Origin: the human T2T-CHM13v2.0 reference genome, Homo sapiens
Reading direction: 5' to 3' (one strand)
NCBI RefSeq assembly: GCF_009914755.1
Contig: NC_060927.1
Length of the DNA: 64,000 nucleotides
Shown: piece after piece, positions 14,723-36,415 of the stretch
Layout of the letters: every line of letters begins with the position of its first letter
Position numbering within the stretch: position 1 is the stretch's first letter
Translations under genes and position numbers: made by a program
Notes under the pieces: generated by a model
Databases searched by the model: none
Told to the model about the DNA's origin: nothing
What the model saw: the letters and a program-made list of their open reading frames with translations, nothing else

Positions 14723-15367
14723 ATAGAGACAGTTTAATGACATAGAATTGCATTTACCATTCTACAACTATAGAAGAAGTGGGGACTTTCTTTTCCCCTT
14801 CTTATTTTGTCAAGATTAATTTAACCAGAAATTAGGAGAGCTAGCAGGTTTTTTTAAAGGTGCACAACATAATGTTTTTGTTTTTAAACATTTCATTTAT
14901 TTATTTAAATCAACAAATAAAAATTGTGTATATTTATTGTGCACATGTTTTGAAACATGTATACATTGTGGAAGAGCTAAACCAAGCTAACTCACGCATG
15001 CTAATTATTTCACATATTTATTTTGTTGTGGAATAAAATCTATTCTCAGCAATTTTCAATACAAAACATTTGTTAACTATAGTGACCATGTTGTAGAGTA
15101 GATCTCTTTAACTTATTCCTTCTATTTAACTGAAGTTTTATGTCCTTTGACCAACATCTCCCCAACTCCTCACTACTCCAACCCCTGGTAATCACCATTC
15201 TACTCTCTAGTTCTATGAGTTCAACATTTTTAGATTCTACATATAAGTAAGATAATTCAGTATTAATCTTTCTGTGCCAGGCTTACTTCACTTAGAATAA
15301 TCTCCAGGTTCATCCATCTTCGCACAAATAACAGGATTCCTTCTTTTTTAAGCCTGAATAGTATTCC

Positions 15368-15370
<3 letters not shown>

Positions 15371-15408
<38 letters not shown>
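15371..15408 (+). repeat. (GT)19 microsatellite
   Basis: Perfect dinucleotide run. Confidence 0.97.
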
Positions 15409-15411
<3 letters not shown>

Positions 15412-15912
15412 AGTATACATACATATGCCACATTTTCTTTATTCATTCCCATGTTGATGGACACTTAGTTTGATTCCATAGCTTGGCTGTTGTGAAGATG
15501 CTGCAATGAACATGGGAGTGCAGATATCTCTTCAACATATTGATTTAATTTCCTTTAGATATATACCCCATAATGGGATTGCTAGATCATATGATATTTC
15601 TATTTTTAATTTTTAAGGAATCTCCATACTGTTTTCCATAATGGCTCTACTAATTTACCTTCCCACCAACAGTGTATAAGGGTTCCCTTTTCCCCATATC
15701 CTCTCCAATGCTTGTTATCTTTTGTCTTTTATATGATAGCCATTCAAACAAGTGTGAGGTGACATCTCATTGTGGTTTTAATTTGCATTTATCTGATGAT
15801 TAACGATGCCGAACTTTTTTTATATACCTCTGTTGGTCATTTTTATGTCTTCTTTTGAAATATGTCTGCTCAGACCCTTTTCCCATTTTTTTTAATTGGG
15901 TAATTTGTTTCC

Positions 15913-16223
15913 TTTTTTCTATTTTTATTTTTATTTTTTCAGACAGGATCTGGCTCTGTTGCCTGGGCTGGAGTGCAGTGATATGATCCTGGCTCACTGC
16001 AACCTCCACCTCCTAGGCTAAAGTGATGCCCCTGCCTCAGCCTCCTGAGCAGCTGGGACTGCAGGTGCATACCACCACGCCCGAATAATTTTTGTATTTT
16101 TTTGTAGAGATGGGGGTTTCACCATGTTGCCCAGGCTGGTCTTGAACTCCTGGGCTCAAACGATCCATCTGCCTGAGCCTCTCAAAGTGCTGGGATTACA
16201 TGCATGAGCCACCATGCCTGGCC
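15913..16223 (-). mobile_element. Alu inside L1MA
   Basis: Dimer; flanks gtaatttgtttcct / gtgatttgctttct. Confidence 0.9.
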
Positions 16224-16831
16224 AGGTGATTTGCTTTCTTACTATTAAGTTGTTTGAGTTCCTTACCTATTTTGGCTATTAACCCCCTATCAGATGTGTG
16301 GTTTGCAAATACATTCTCCCATTCTATAGGTTGTCTTTTCACTCTGTTGATTGTTTCCTTGGCTATGCAGAAGTCTTTTGGTTTGTATAATATCATTTGT
16401 CTATATTTGCTTTTGTTGGCTGTGCTTTTTGGTTCATATCCAAAAAAATTATTGCCCAAACCAATGCCATGAACCTTTTCCTCTATGTTTTCTTCTAGTA
16501 GTTTTACAGCTTCAGGTCTTACATTTAAGTTTTTAAGCCATTTTGAGTTGATTTTTGTATATGGTGTAAGGTAAGAGTGTAATTCCATTCTATTGCATGT
16601 GGACATCCAGTTGTCCCAACACCATTTATTGAAGAGACTGTCCTTTCTGCATTGTGGGTTCTTGGCACCTTTGTCAAAGATCAATTGACTGTAAATGCGT
16701 GGATTCATTTCTAGGGTCTCTGTTCCACTGGTCTATGTAGCCATTTTAATACTAATGTCATACTGTTTTGATTATTATAGCTTTGTGGTATAATTTTGAA
16801 GTCAGGTAGTGTGATGCCTTCAGCTTTATTC

Positions 16832-17122
<291 letters not shown>

Positions 17123-17211
17123 AGCTTTGTTCTTGCTCAAGATTTCTTTGGTTATCTGAGGTCTTTTCTAGGTCCATACAAATTTTAGGATTTTTTTTTC
17201 TACTTCTGTGA

Positions 17212-17571
<360 letters not shown>

Positions 17572-18389
17572 TGATAGAAACTACATTGAATCTGTAGATC
17601 ACTTTGGGCACTATGAACATTTTAATAATATTAATTCTTCCAATACATAAACAGGATATCTTTCCATTTGTTCATGTCTTCTTCAATTTCTTTTCATCAA
17701 TGTTTTATAGTTTTCATTGTATAGGTCTTTTGCCTTGTATTTATTCCCAAGTATTATATTTTATTTTTGTAGCTACTGTAAATGAGATTGTCTTCTTAAT
17801 TTATCTGCAAGTACTCTGTTATTAGTGTATAGAAATGCTACTTACTTTTGTATGTTGCCTTTATATCCTGCAACTTTATTGAATTCATTTATTTGTTCTA
17901 ATAGTCTTTTATTGGAGTCTTAGGGTTTCAGTATATAAAATCATGTCGTCTGCAAATAGAAAAAAATTGATGACTTCTTTTCCAATTTGGATGCCTTTTA
18001 TTTATCTCTCTTCTCGAATTGCTATGGCTAGGATTCCTGGTACTATATTGAATATAAGTGGCAAGAGTGGGCATCTTTGTCTTAATCTTAGAGGAAAAGC
18101 TTTGAACTTTTCACCACTGAGTATGATGTTATCTTTGGGGTTATCATACATGGTCTTTACTGTGTTGAGGTACATTCCTTCTATACATATTTTTTTTTTA
18201 AAAAAAGTTTGTTTTTTTTTAAAAAGCCTCTTTTATTTTAAAAAACAAAGGAATGAAAAACACAAAATTGGGAATAGTGGTTGCCTCCAGGGATAGAGGG
18301 GTGACATAAAGGTTAGACTAGATTAATGGATGTTCATTCTATTATTATGCTTTACAACTTATATACATGTTATGTTTTATATATATATG

Positions 18390-24520
<6,131 letters not shown>

Positions 24521-24745
24521 TGAAACTTTTTAGTCATAAAAGGATGTTGAATTTTGTCAAGTGCTTTCTCTGCATCTATTGAGATGAGATGATCATATGG
24601 TTTTTGTCCTTCATTCTATTAATGTGGTATATCAAATATATGTATTTGGATATGTTGAACCATCCTTGCATTCTGGAGTAAATTCCACTTGGTCATGGTG
24701 AATGATCCTTTTAATGTGCTGTTGAATTTGGATTACTAGTATACC
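24521..24745 (-). mobile_element. Continuation of host L1MA ORF2
   Basis: tttttagtcataaaaggatgttgaattttgtcaagtgctttctctgcatctattgagatg picks up where 18190 stops. Confidence 0.85.
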
Positions 24746-24889
24746 TTCTTCATGAGGTTTACCAGACTTTTGTAGCAATTCAATGCAAAGAAGTACACTT
24801 TTGAAATCATAAAGCCAGTGGCTTGTGGCTTGACTTTTGACCTCCATGACTTCTGGACTTGTTTGGTTCACTTTTGGTATCTGGCTAAT

Positions 24890-25409
<520 letters not shown>

Positions 25410-25817
25410 TATTTTGATATCTAATCACACATTCTATTATGTACCATTATTTAAATGTTTTATGTACTTAAGGTTTCTAACCCTAATTGGATCCTAGATT
25501 CTTAAGGGCAAACATTGATATTTAATCAGTAATAACACAATTATTCAGTCAGGGGATAAATATGTCTCAATAGCTAAGTTTACTCCCTTAAGCATACAAA
25601 TATTTTATTTTAACTACTATGGATAGAAACAGGTTTTAAAATGTACTTACATTCCTGAAGGGTACTTTAAAAATACTCACTATACATAACAGTTTTATGC
25701 ATATAGAGGACTTTATATAGCCACTTGTTTTAAAAGAAATGTGTTAAGTAAATTCTATATCCCAAGGCACATGATATATACTAAGACTAAAGAGCAAACA
25801 AAAGAAGCTATTACTCA

Positions 25818-26132
<315 letters not shown>

Positions 26133-26200
26133 GAAGAACTGCCTTTAGTACCTTTACTCATTTTGCTACCCTAATACCATTGATGATGAACAAATATTGC

Positions 26201-26455
26201 TTTTTTTTTCCATTTTTTTTCTCGTGTGACACAGCCCTCAGGAGATCCTGAGAACATATGCCCCCTTTCTTTCTTTTTTTTTTTTCTTTCTTTCTTTTTT
26301 TTTTTTTGAGACAGGGTCTTGCTCTGTTATCCAGGCTGCTGTGCAGTGGTGCAATCACAGCTCACCACTGCCTTGACGTCCCAGGTTCAGGTAATCCTCC
26401 CACCTCAACCTCCAAAGTAGCTAGGACTACAGGCACACACCACCACCCGTGGCTT
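26201..26455 (-). mobile_element. Chimeric retroposon: Alu right arm + A-tail + 45-nt MER4-type LTR fragment + A-tail
   Basis: Shared TSD acaaatattgcttt (26190-26203) / acagatattgcttt (26456-26469). Confidence 0.75.
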
Positions 26456-26840
26456 ACAGATATTGCTTTAATTTCTGAAAATATTTAACTGAGAAGTCAT
26501 AGTACCTCATAATAGGCAATTTTAACAGATATATTGATCTGAAGATATCCTTCCATGTAAAGCAATGGTACATGAGTATGATAAGGAGAATGTATGGAAT
26601 GATATTGTTTCTTAGCAATTAATAATTTATAAAAACATAAACAGTAGGCCTGAGATTATACTTGACTATAATACACCGATATATGAAATTAAAAGTTATA
26701 TTTCACCTATTAACTAGTTTAAGAATAAGTACTTTCTACAAGTCTAATGTCAAAATCATTTTCATGTATATATATTATACCACTTCTTATTGGAATGGGC
26801 TAGAAGGAAGTACTCCATTGCAATAAAATATAACCACAAA

Positions 26841-27160
26841 GGCTGAGTGGAGTGGCTCACATCTATAATCCCAGCACTTTGGGAGGCCGTGGTGGGTGGA
26901 TCACGAGGTCAGGAGTTCGAGACCAGCCTGACCAACATGGTGAAACCCCGTCTATACTAAAAATACAAAAATTAACTGGGTGTGGTGGCACACGCCTGTA
27001 ATACCAGCTACTCAGAAGGGTGAGCCAGAGTCGCTTGAACCTGGAAGCAGAGGTTGCAGTGAGCTGAGATCGTGCCATTGCACTCCAGCCTGGGCGACAG
27101 AGCAAGACTCTGTCTTAAAATAAATAAAATAAAATAAAATGAAATAAAATAAAATAAAAT
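26841..27160 (+). mobile_element. AluSg-like with (AAAAT)n tail
   Basis: Dimer; TSD atataaccacaaa / atataaccacgaa. Confidence 0.92.
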
Positions 27161-27293
27161 ATATATATATATAACCACGAAATATGACATTAAGGGTCTT
27201 CTGGAATTCTATGGTTGGGGACTCAGGGGATGAGGGTCTGGAATGAGAAGGATACTTAATTTGGTGCTGTTGAATTTTTTTAAAAATCCAGGC

Positions 27294-28214
27294 TGTGGAA
27301 TTATAATACATATATTGGTTTTAGTTCACAGTTACTGGCTCCTAACTCCTCGTTTTAATGTCAGGGCACTTTAGGCCTCAGGAAACAGAATCTCTCTCTA
27401 TGAGCTTCTCCTGTCCTTCACTCATCTGCCTAAGGGAGGATTCTAATCTGACTGTGAGTCAAAAGATCCTCATCCCAGAGAGGATCCTGCCCCATATCCT
27501 AGAGGAAGGAATGCTACATAGAAAAGGCCAAGAAAAGTCTGAACAGACAGACCTTGCTGGGTTTACATTATGAGCTATTTGTCCACTCACATTTCTACAT
27601 GGTTGTCAATCATGCCCATGTAATAAAGACTCCATTAAAAACCCCACAGGACAGAGTTTGGAGAGCTTCCAGAGAGGTGAACACGTGGAGGCTGACAGGA
27701 GGGTGAAGAAGACCTCATCCACGTGCCAGGAGGATGGCACAGCCCATCTCCATGGAGACAGAAGCTCCTGTGCCGGACCCCTCCAGACCTCACCCTACCT
27801 ATCTCTTCATCAGACTGTTTATTTGCATCCTTTAAAATATCTTTCTTAATAAACTAGTAAAAATGTTTCCCTGAGTTCTGTGAGCCACTCTAGCAAATTT
27901 ATTGAACCCAAGAGGAGGTTGTGAGAACCCCAACTTGAAGCCAGTTGGTCAGAAGTTCCAGAGGCCCAGACTTGCAACTAAGGGAAGGAGGAGATGGTCT
28001 TGTGTCACCAAGCCCTCAACCTCTGAGGTATGACACCGTCTCCAGGTAGAGAGTGTCAGAACAGAATTGGAGGACACCAAGCTGGTGTCCACTGCTTGGT
28101 GTATGGGGAAAAAAACCCACATCTTTGGTCATGTAAGTCTTCTACTGTGTTGATGATTGCTGTGTTGGTGTGAGAGCAGAGGAATAACATAGTTAGAGAG
28201 AGTTTCCAAAACAC
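27294..28214 (+). mobile_element. MER21-type solo LTR
   Basis: TG...CA ends; gagttctgtgagccactctagcaaatt...gccagttggtcagaagttccagaggcccagacttgc; AATAAA at 27848-27853. Confidence 0.75.
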
Positions 28215-28423
28215 ATGTCTATATCACTTTTTTCATTTAAAAAGTTTTTAAAGTGAAGAAAAAAGTTGCATAAAGGAAAAATTTACATCTTATCTAAGGT
28301 GATACACTGAATCAGTCATAAGCCAGAAAATACCTAGAATATGCTAAGACATGTGATAACAGTTTCAATATTAATAGTCATCCTTACATATTTAATCTGC
28401 AAACATGCAGTTCTCATACTCAC

Positions 28424-28566
28424 CTGCCAAAATGAAGAACTATATACCGGATGAGATCACCTTGCTTTTCCATTTTGTTGTCTGTGACCATGGGCATCAA
28501 TTTGTCATAGTACTTGGCAAGGTAAAAATGCCCATCCTCCCATTCTGGCAGGCACGCGGTCACATC
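28424..28566 (-). CDS. ATR: ATR exon 36 (143 nt)
   Basis: DVTACLPEWEDGHFYLAKYYDKLMPMVTDNKMEKQGDLIRYIVLHFG; tatag| and |gtgagt. Confidence 0.97.
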
Positions 28567-30117
28567 CTATAAAAAAGAACATAGGATACCTACCTAAGGA
28601 AATCCCACGCTATGCTGGGAAGTAAAATATGAATAGATGATTAGGGATCAAAAGTATGTGACCTTTATCTAGGCAGAGCAAAGTCAAAAGCAGACTCAAT
28701 CTTTGATGTGGAAAAGGAATAGCTAACTTCTTGTAAAGGTTTTCTCAGGAGGGCTGATTTGTTCTGGTGGGTTGCCCACTGCCCAACATGAAATAGTGCT
28801 GGAAGAATTCGCAACTTAGGAGAAAACTCCATTTATGTCACCACTTTAAAAGATACATCAAAGTAGTGTCTGGATGGGTTAAATTTTTTTATACATATAT
28901 ATGATATGTGTGTGTGTGTATATACACATATATCATGAAAGGCATTTTTAAAAATCTTCAAAGCAGAAGTAATATCAAGTCTCTAAAGAGTGTAGGACTT
29001 TAAAAAGCATAAAAATTTTGGTAAAATAAAAATCACATATTTTGTTTTTCTCCAAGATCTCTCACAAGTTATTGCCCTTTCTCTCAATTCCTTCAGAAGC
29101 AGGCTTCTAAAAAGGATTCTCTACCTCACATTGATTCCTAAAACTATGTCTTTTCAGCTTCAGTCTTCACCACTCCACTAAGGAGCTCCTTAAATCCAAG
29201 AGATATTTTACAACTCTGATCTCATTTGAACTCTCTTCAATATGTTTCTGTTGTCCAAGTCACTTATTTCAAATGCTTTCATCCCTTGACTTCTGTGAGG
29301 CCACCATCTTCCAAGTTTTCTCCTCTCTTTCTGGCCACTCTCACTTAGTCTCCTTTGTCATTTCTTTTTGCTGTTCCTGCCTTAAATATTTGTGTGGTTT
29401 ATTAATTTTTAATATTACATGAAATGTGATGGGAAATACACAGGATCACTGACAATTTTTTTTTTAATTGAAGTTCCACTTTTCATCTAAAGAAGTTTGA
29501 GAACAGTTTAGACCAGAAACCTTAAGTGAGATCTTGAGTTTCTACTGACTCTAATCTTGAGACTCTACAGACACAAACCTGCCTGGGAATAGAGGACAGA
29601 ATGATATGATTAGACGTGTGGCACATGCTAGGTTCATGTACCTAATCAGCCACACAGGGTAAGGGCTGCCAGAAAAACATATTAGTCAATCTAGTCTTTC
29701 CTTCCTTTCTTCTTTCCTGCCTGTCTTCCTGCCTTCCTTTCTTCCTCCTTCCCTAACTTCCTTCCTCCTCCCTCTCTCATTTCAGCTTAGATTTTAAATA
29801 TTTATTTTGAAAAGTAAAATTCACATACTGAAAAATACACTAATATTACATTTACAGCTTGATCAATTATCACAAAGTAATTACCTTTATATAAAATCTC
29901 CTTCCTCCCTCTCTTCTCTCTCGCTCCCTTTTTAGTTAAGATTTTTAAGTTTTATTTTGAAAAATAAAGTTTATATACAGAAACATATATGAATCTTATG
30001 TATACAACTTGATCAATTATTACAAATTTATCATCCTCATACAAGAACTCCAGGAGTTTTTTGTCTGTTTTTGAACTTTTATATAAATAGAATCATACTA
30101 TAATAATTATTATTATT

Positions 30118-30720
<603 letters not shown>

Positions 30721-31254
30721 CTACGTGTATTATATTTTTTATCTGGCTTATTTCATTCAACATTACATTTGTGATATCAATCCAAGTTATTGCATATAAA
30801 TTTGGTTTACTATATAGTATTCCATTATAAGAATATGCTACAACATATTTATCCATTCTATAACTGATTGCCATTTGGATTACTTCCAATATAAAATCTA
30901 CAAATAATAATGTTATAAACATTCTTGTGTTTATCCTCTGGGGACATGCTGGGTCATATTCCAGATATGAGCCTCTAATGTATTGCAAATATCTTCTAAT
31001 CTGTAGGTTGCCTCTAACTCACAATGGTATCTTCTGATAAACAGAAGTTATTGTTTATTTTAGGGTTAGTGTTTTTGTTATGTTTAAGAAGTCCTGACCT
31101 AGATTAACAATCTACCTCAAGTTTACTTTTGTTTATGGTGGGAAGAAGGGATCAAGTTTGATTTTTTGTTTTCCTATAAGATACCCAAGTGATACAACAA
31201 CATTTATTGAAAAGACTATTTTGGTTATTCACAGTTTGCCCCTCCAGATAGATA

Positions 31255-31724
31255 CACTTGCCAACTTTAGCCTTTTCCACTCTGCTCAGTGCCCCAGCAA
31301 ACTGAAATTGATGATTTATATCAATGGGCCTGTTTGCCCTCTGGCTTCCTGTGAAGTTCAATCAATGGAAGGTAGCAATAGATTAGAGGGTGAGGGGGAG
31401 AGTGAGGTTAAGGTCTTTATACCTGCTCGTTTCCTTCCTGCTGGGCTGCAGTTGACAGTGGTGGTGTTTCTTTCCCTAAGGTTAAGTTCTGGTCCAATGG
31501 TCCTTTCCTACAAATTTAGCTCCCTGTACAGGTTCCAGTAAATGCCCTATCCTTTTGCTCCTTCAGGTCTAGAGTTAGCAACGACTCTCTGTTGTTGCTA
31601 GCCATGGGGTACTTTCACCATCCTTTGTTAATTTCCCTTAATCTAGTTTTTCATTAAACTCTCCCCAATTACCTCTTTTGATTGGGCCAACTATTTTCTC
31701 CCTGCACCTGACCTCACACGATAC
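31255..31724 (+). mobile_element. LTR33/LTR16-like ERVL LTR
   Basis: ttccactctgctcagtgcccc...tgccctctggcttcctg...attaaactctc...gataca. Confidence 0.45.
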
Positions 31725-32333
31725 AGTAAAGAGCATCTCAGATAGATTGGAGGTCACTAAGGAGATATGACAACTAATGCTATATGGAATCCTTAATTCT
31801 AGACAGAAGAAGAACACTATTGGGAAAACTGGTGAAATGTGGTCTACAGATAGTTAACAGTATTGTTTATCAATATTAATTTCCCACTTCTGATACTCTG
31901 GTAGTGTAAGATATTAAAATTAGTGGAAACACGGTAAAGGGTAGATATGGAAATTCCCTATACTACTACTAACTTTTTAGAAGTCAAAGATTATTTCAAA
32001 TTAAAACTGAAAAAATGAAAGGTGACAGAGAAGCTTCTTGGTTATTCTTGGCCTTTATGTTTCCACATAAGTTTTAAATTCTAATTGTCAATTACCTGTT
32101 AGCATTTGATGAGTAATGCATTAAACCTCTAGGTCAGTTTGTAGAGAAATAATTATATTATTGAGTCTTCCCATTCATACATGTATTCTAGCTACCAATT
32201 TATTTAGTTCTTTTTTACTTCACTCAATTTTAATGTTTTAATTTTTATTTTGTGGAGAGGTCTTGTGTGCAATTTAATCCTAGGCATTTCATCATTTTTA
32301 TTGCTATCCTAAATGATATCTTTAAAAATTTTA

Positions 32334-32637
<304 letters not shown>

Positions 32638-33345
32638 ATTTTAAATCAACTTTCTTAAGACATATACACCCATGGAACCATCATTCCAGTCAAGAAGATG
32701 AACATTCCTAACTCTCGAAAGTTCTTATGGGCGCCCACCCTTGCCGTCACTCTCCTGCCAACTACCCAGGCAAATACTGATATAATTTCTATGCATATAC
32801 ATTAATTATACCTGTTCTAAAATGTCACATAAATGAAATCATATAAGCATATAGTCTTTTATGTCCCTCTTCTTTCATTCAGCATATCTATGACATTAAT
32901 CTACCTTGTTGCGTGTATCAGTAGTTCATTTCTTCTTACTGTAGGGTAGTATTCCATTATACAACTGTACCAGTTTGTTTACCCATTCTTCTCTGGATGG
33001 CCAGCTGGCCTATTTCCAGTTTTTGTGACTAAACCTACTATAAACATTTGTGTACAAGTCTTTTTATTGACATATGTAATTGTTTCTGTTGGATAAACAC
33101 CTAAGAATGGAATGGAATATGGTAGATTTAACTTTTTATAGTCCCCACCAGGTGCATTTATTGCATTAATAGGTATTGCTAGTCTTTCAGACTTTAGCCA
33201 TTTTAGTGTGTAATGTGTTATTTCATTGTGGTTTTAATTTGCATCTTCCTAATGACTAATGATGTTAAGCATCTTTTCATTTGCTTTTTGGCCATTTGCG
33301 TGTATTCTTTATGAAGTGTCTATCCAAGACTTTTGCAGATCTGTA

Positions 33346-33638
33346 TTTTTTTTCTTTTAATAGACAAAGTTTCACTCTGTAACTCAGGCTGGAATGCAGT
33401 GGTGCAATCATAGCTAACTGTAACCTTGAACTCCTAGGCTCAAGTGATCCTCCTGCTTTAGCCTCCCGAATAGCTAAAACTATAGGCATTCGTCACCATA
33501 CCTGGCTAATTTTTATTTTTGCAGAGACAGGTTCTCACTATATTGCCCAGGCTGGTTTTGAACTCCTAGCTTCAAGTGATCCTCAGGCCTCGGCCTCCCA
33601 AAGCACCGGGATTACAGGCCTGAGCCACTGTGCCTAGC
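33346..33638 (-). mobile_element. AluJ-like
   Basis: Dimer; cagatct duplicated at the flanks. Confidence 0.9.
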
Positions 33639-36415
33639 CTCACAGATCTTTAAATTGTCTTACTAAGTTGTAGGGTTCTCTATAATTTAGCTACAAATCC
33701 TCTGTCATATATGTATTACAAGTATTTTCTCCAAGTCTATGGCTTACCTTTTCATTTTCTTAACTGTCTTTCTTAGAAAAGGTTTTAACTTTGATGAACA
33801 TCTAATTTATCAGGATTTTTTAAATGCTTAATGCTTTGTGTGACCTAAGAAAACCTTTGCCTACCCTAAGGTTGTAAAGATTTTCTTCTATTTTTTCATC
33901 TAAAAATTCATAATTTTAGCTTTTCAGTTTAGATCTATAATCTACTTTTTTGAAGCAATTTTGTCTATCATATGAGGCAGAGGTTGAAGATCATTTTTTT
34001 CCTCATACAGATATCCAACTGTTCAAGTACTTTCTGCTTGTAAATGGTATGTTTTAAATTCCTTTCTTGTTGTCATATAGAAATAAAATCATCAGGCAAT
34101 CTTGTTTAATTCACTCAATATTTTGAATAGTTTATAATCTTTTGAATTTTCTACATATGTATTCATATCATCTGCAATTAACAACTTTCCTATATTTTTT
34201 TCCTAGTCCTTGTATCTTTTACTTCTTTTTTTATTTAAAGATTGCCATTTGGGTAATATTTTAAAATGACAGCTCTATTGGGATATAATTAATATATTAT
34301 AAAGTTCACACTTTTAAAGTTGTTGTTAGTATATTTACAGAGTTGTGTAACCATCACCACTATTTAATTCCAGAACATTTTCATCACTCCAAAAAAAAAA
34401 TTGTACCAATTAGCAGTCACTTCCCAGCCCCAACCTCAGTCTCTAGTACCCATTAATCTACCTTCTGTCTCTATGGATTTGCTTATTCTGGCCATTTCAT
34501 GTAAGTGGAATCATGCAATATGTGGCCCCTTGGATCTGCATGTCATTCTACAGTAGTCAGCCTCTATTCTTTTCTCTACTCATTTCTGTCTACATCATGT
34601 ATAGGCAACCAGAACAAGAGAAGCAGCTACTGAGGCCTTTATGACAGGAAATTAGGGGTGTATGCAGAAGAAACAGAACCTGAAAAGTTGGTAGTCTGAC
34701 AACATCTCTCTTCCCTAACCCTGGCTTTAGTACCCAGGCAGAGATGGGAGAACTGGAATATTTGCTATCAAATTCTGCTGTTAAGTACTGGTGAGTTTTT
34801 GTGTGCCTCATAAGTTGTTGTGTCTTACATACTAGAATAAATTCAGAAGATCTCTCTAACTGGGAAGGTGAAACTTACAAGTATGGTTTCAGAACTTGCC
34901 TCATTATCACTGCCCTTTAGGATAATATAGTTTTTAATGCAAATCAAGGTTAGTTTCTTAGGTGGCATGACATCTTCTTGTAACCAAGGAACAGGAGCTG
35001 GACTCCTATTTATCTTCATCAGAATGCAACACTTCCTGGATCTAAAGATTAGCACTGTCTGTGCCATTTGCTTTGGCTGTTGGTCCCATTTAGGTCTTTC
35101 TTGTATCTTTGATTTCTCTCTCTTCTCATCATGCTCTTATTTTTGTTTATGTTCTTAAACTTATGGAGCCTATATACAATAGCTGTTTTTAAATCCTGTC
35201 ATTTCTAGAACTATTTCTACTGATTTATTTTTTTTCCTATCTGTGGCTCAAATATTCCTGCTTCTTCATTCACAGAGTAATTTTTTAATGGATGCTGGAT
35301 ATATTTTTACATTGTCAAGTTTTAGATTTTGTTGTCTTGCTTTAAAGAGTGTTAGGCTTTGATCTGGCAGGCAGTAAGGTTACTTGAAGATCAGTGTAAT
35401 CATCTTAAAGCTTGTTTTACTGCCCTTCTAGTACGGATATAGAGTAGTTTTTAGCCTAGGACTAATTTAGTCCTACTTCTAAGGTGTGGCCCTTTTAAGG
35501 TCTTTACTGAATGCTCCATATTATGCAATGAGGCCTCTTAATCTGGCTGGTGGACTGAATAACTCTCAATCCTGTAATCTGAATGAATCTCAATCCCGTG
35601 TGAGCTCTGGAAATTGTTCTTATAGCCTCTGCATGTTTATTCTTTCCCCAGCAGTTATTCCTAGCTTGGCCTCATAGAATTCTGAATTATTCATGTGCAG
35701 GCTGGTATTCAGCGAACACAATTCCTATGCAGATAGGAACTACTCTGTTTAACTTTTTTCTCTCAGTTAATCTGTCCCACAAATTCTAGCCACCTGCTCT
35801 TTGCTTTATTATTTCCTTTCTTCTACTTTTTTATTTCTCTCCCTACTTTTTTAGTTCCTTTTCTAACTCTTTGGGATAGATACTTAACTCGTTAATTTTG
35901 AACCTTTATTTTCTTCGAATATATGCAAATAAAAATTTAAATCCCTTTTAAGAATGGCTTTAGCTGCACAGGATATGATATGCCATTTTTATTATCATTC
36001 AGTTCAAAGTACTTTTCAATTTCCATTGAAAGTTTTCATTGACCCATGGATTATTGAGAGGTATATCTCTTACAACACCATCTATATAAAGTTTAATACC
36101 TAGTAAAGAAGTTATAAATTGGTTTTGCTGAAAAATTTTCAGGCTAGGATGTAGTTAACTTTGAGACAGAGGGTGAGAATAGTGATTACTGGGATGAAGG
36201 GTAGTGGGGTTATAGAGCTCAAATAATATTCTATTTCTTGATGTGGTGGCAGTTTCATGAGTATATTTATTTTGTGATAATCCATATACTTATATACTCA
36301 CTGAAAAGTCAAAAAAATTTCCTGGTTATTTTTATACATGTGCTTTGCCATATAGACTTAAGTCATTTTACGTAGTCAACAGAGTTAACTGAAACTGCAT
36401 TATACATATACTTGC

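Noticed and set aside
28900-28936. Quasi-palindrome atgatatgtgtgt...acacatatatcat as a hairpin RNA
   Set aside because: Low-complexity TG/TA/CA microsatellite, where self-complementarity is expected by chance.
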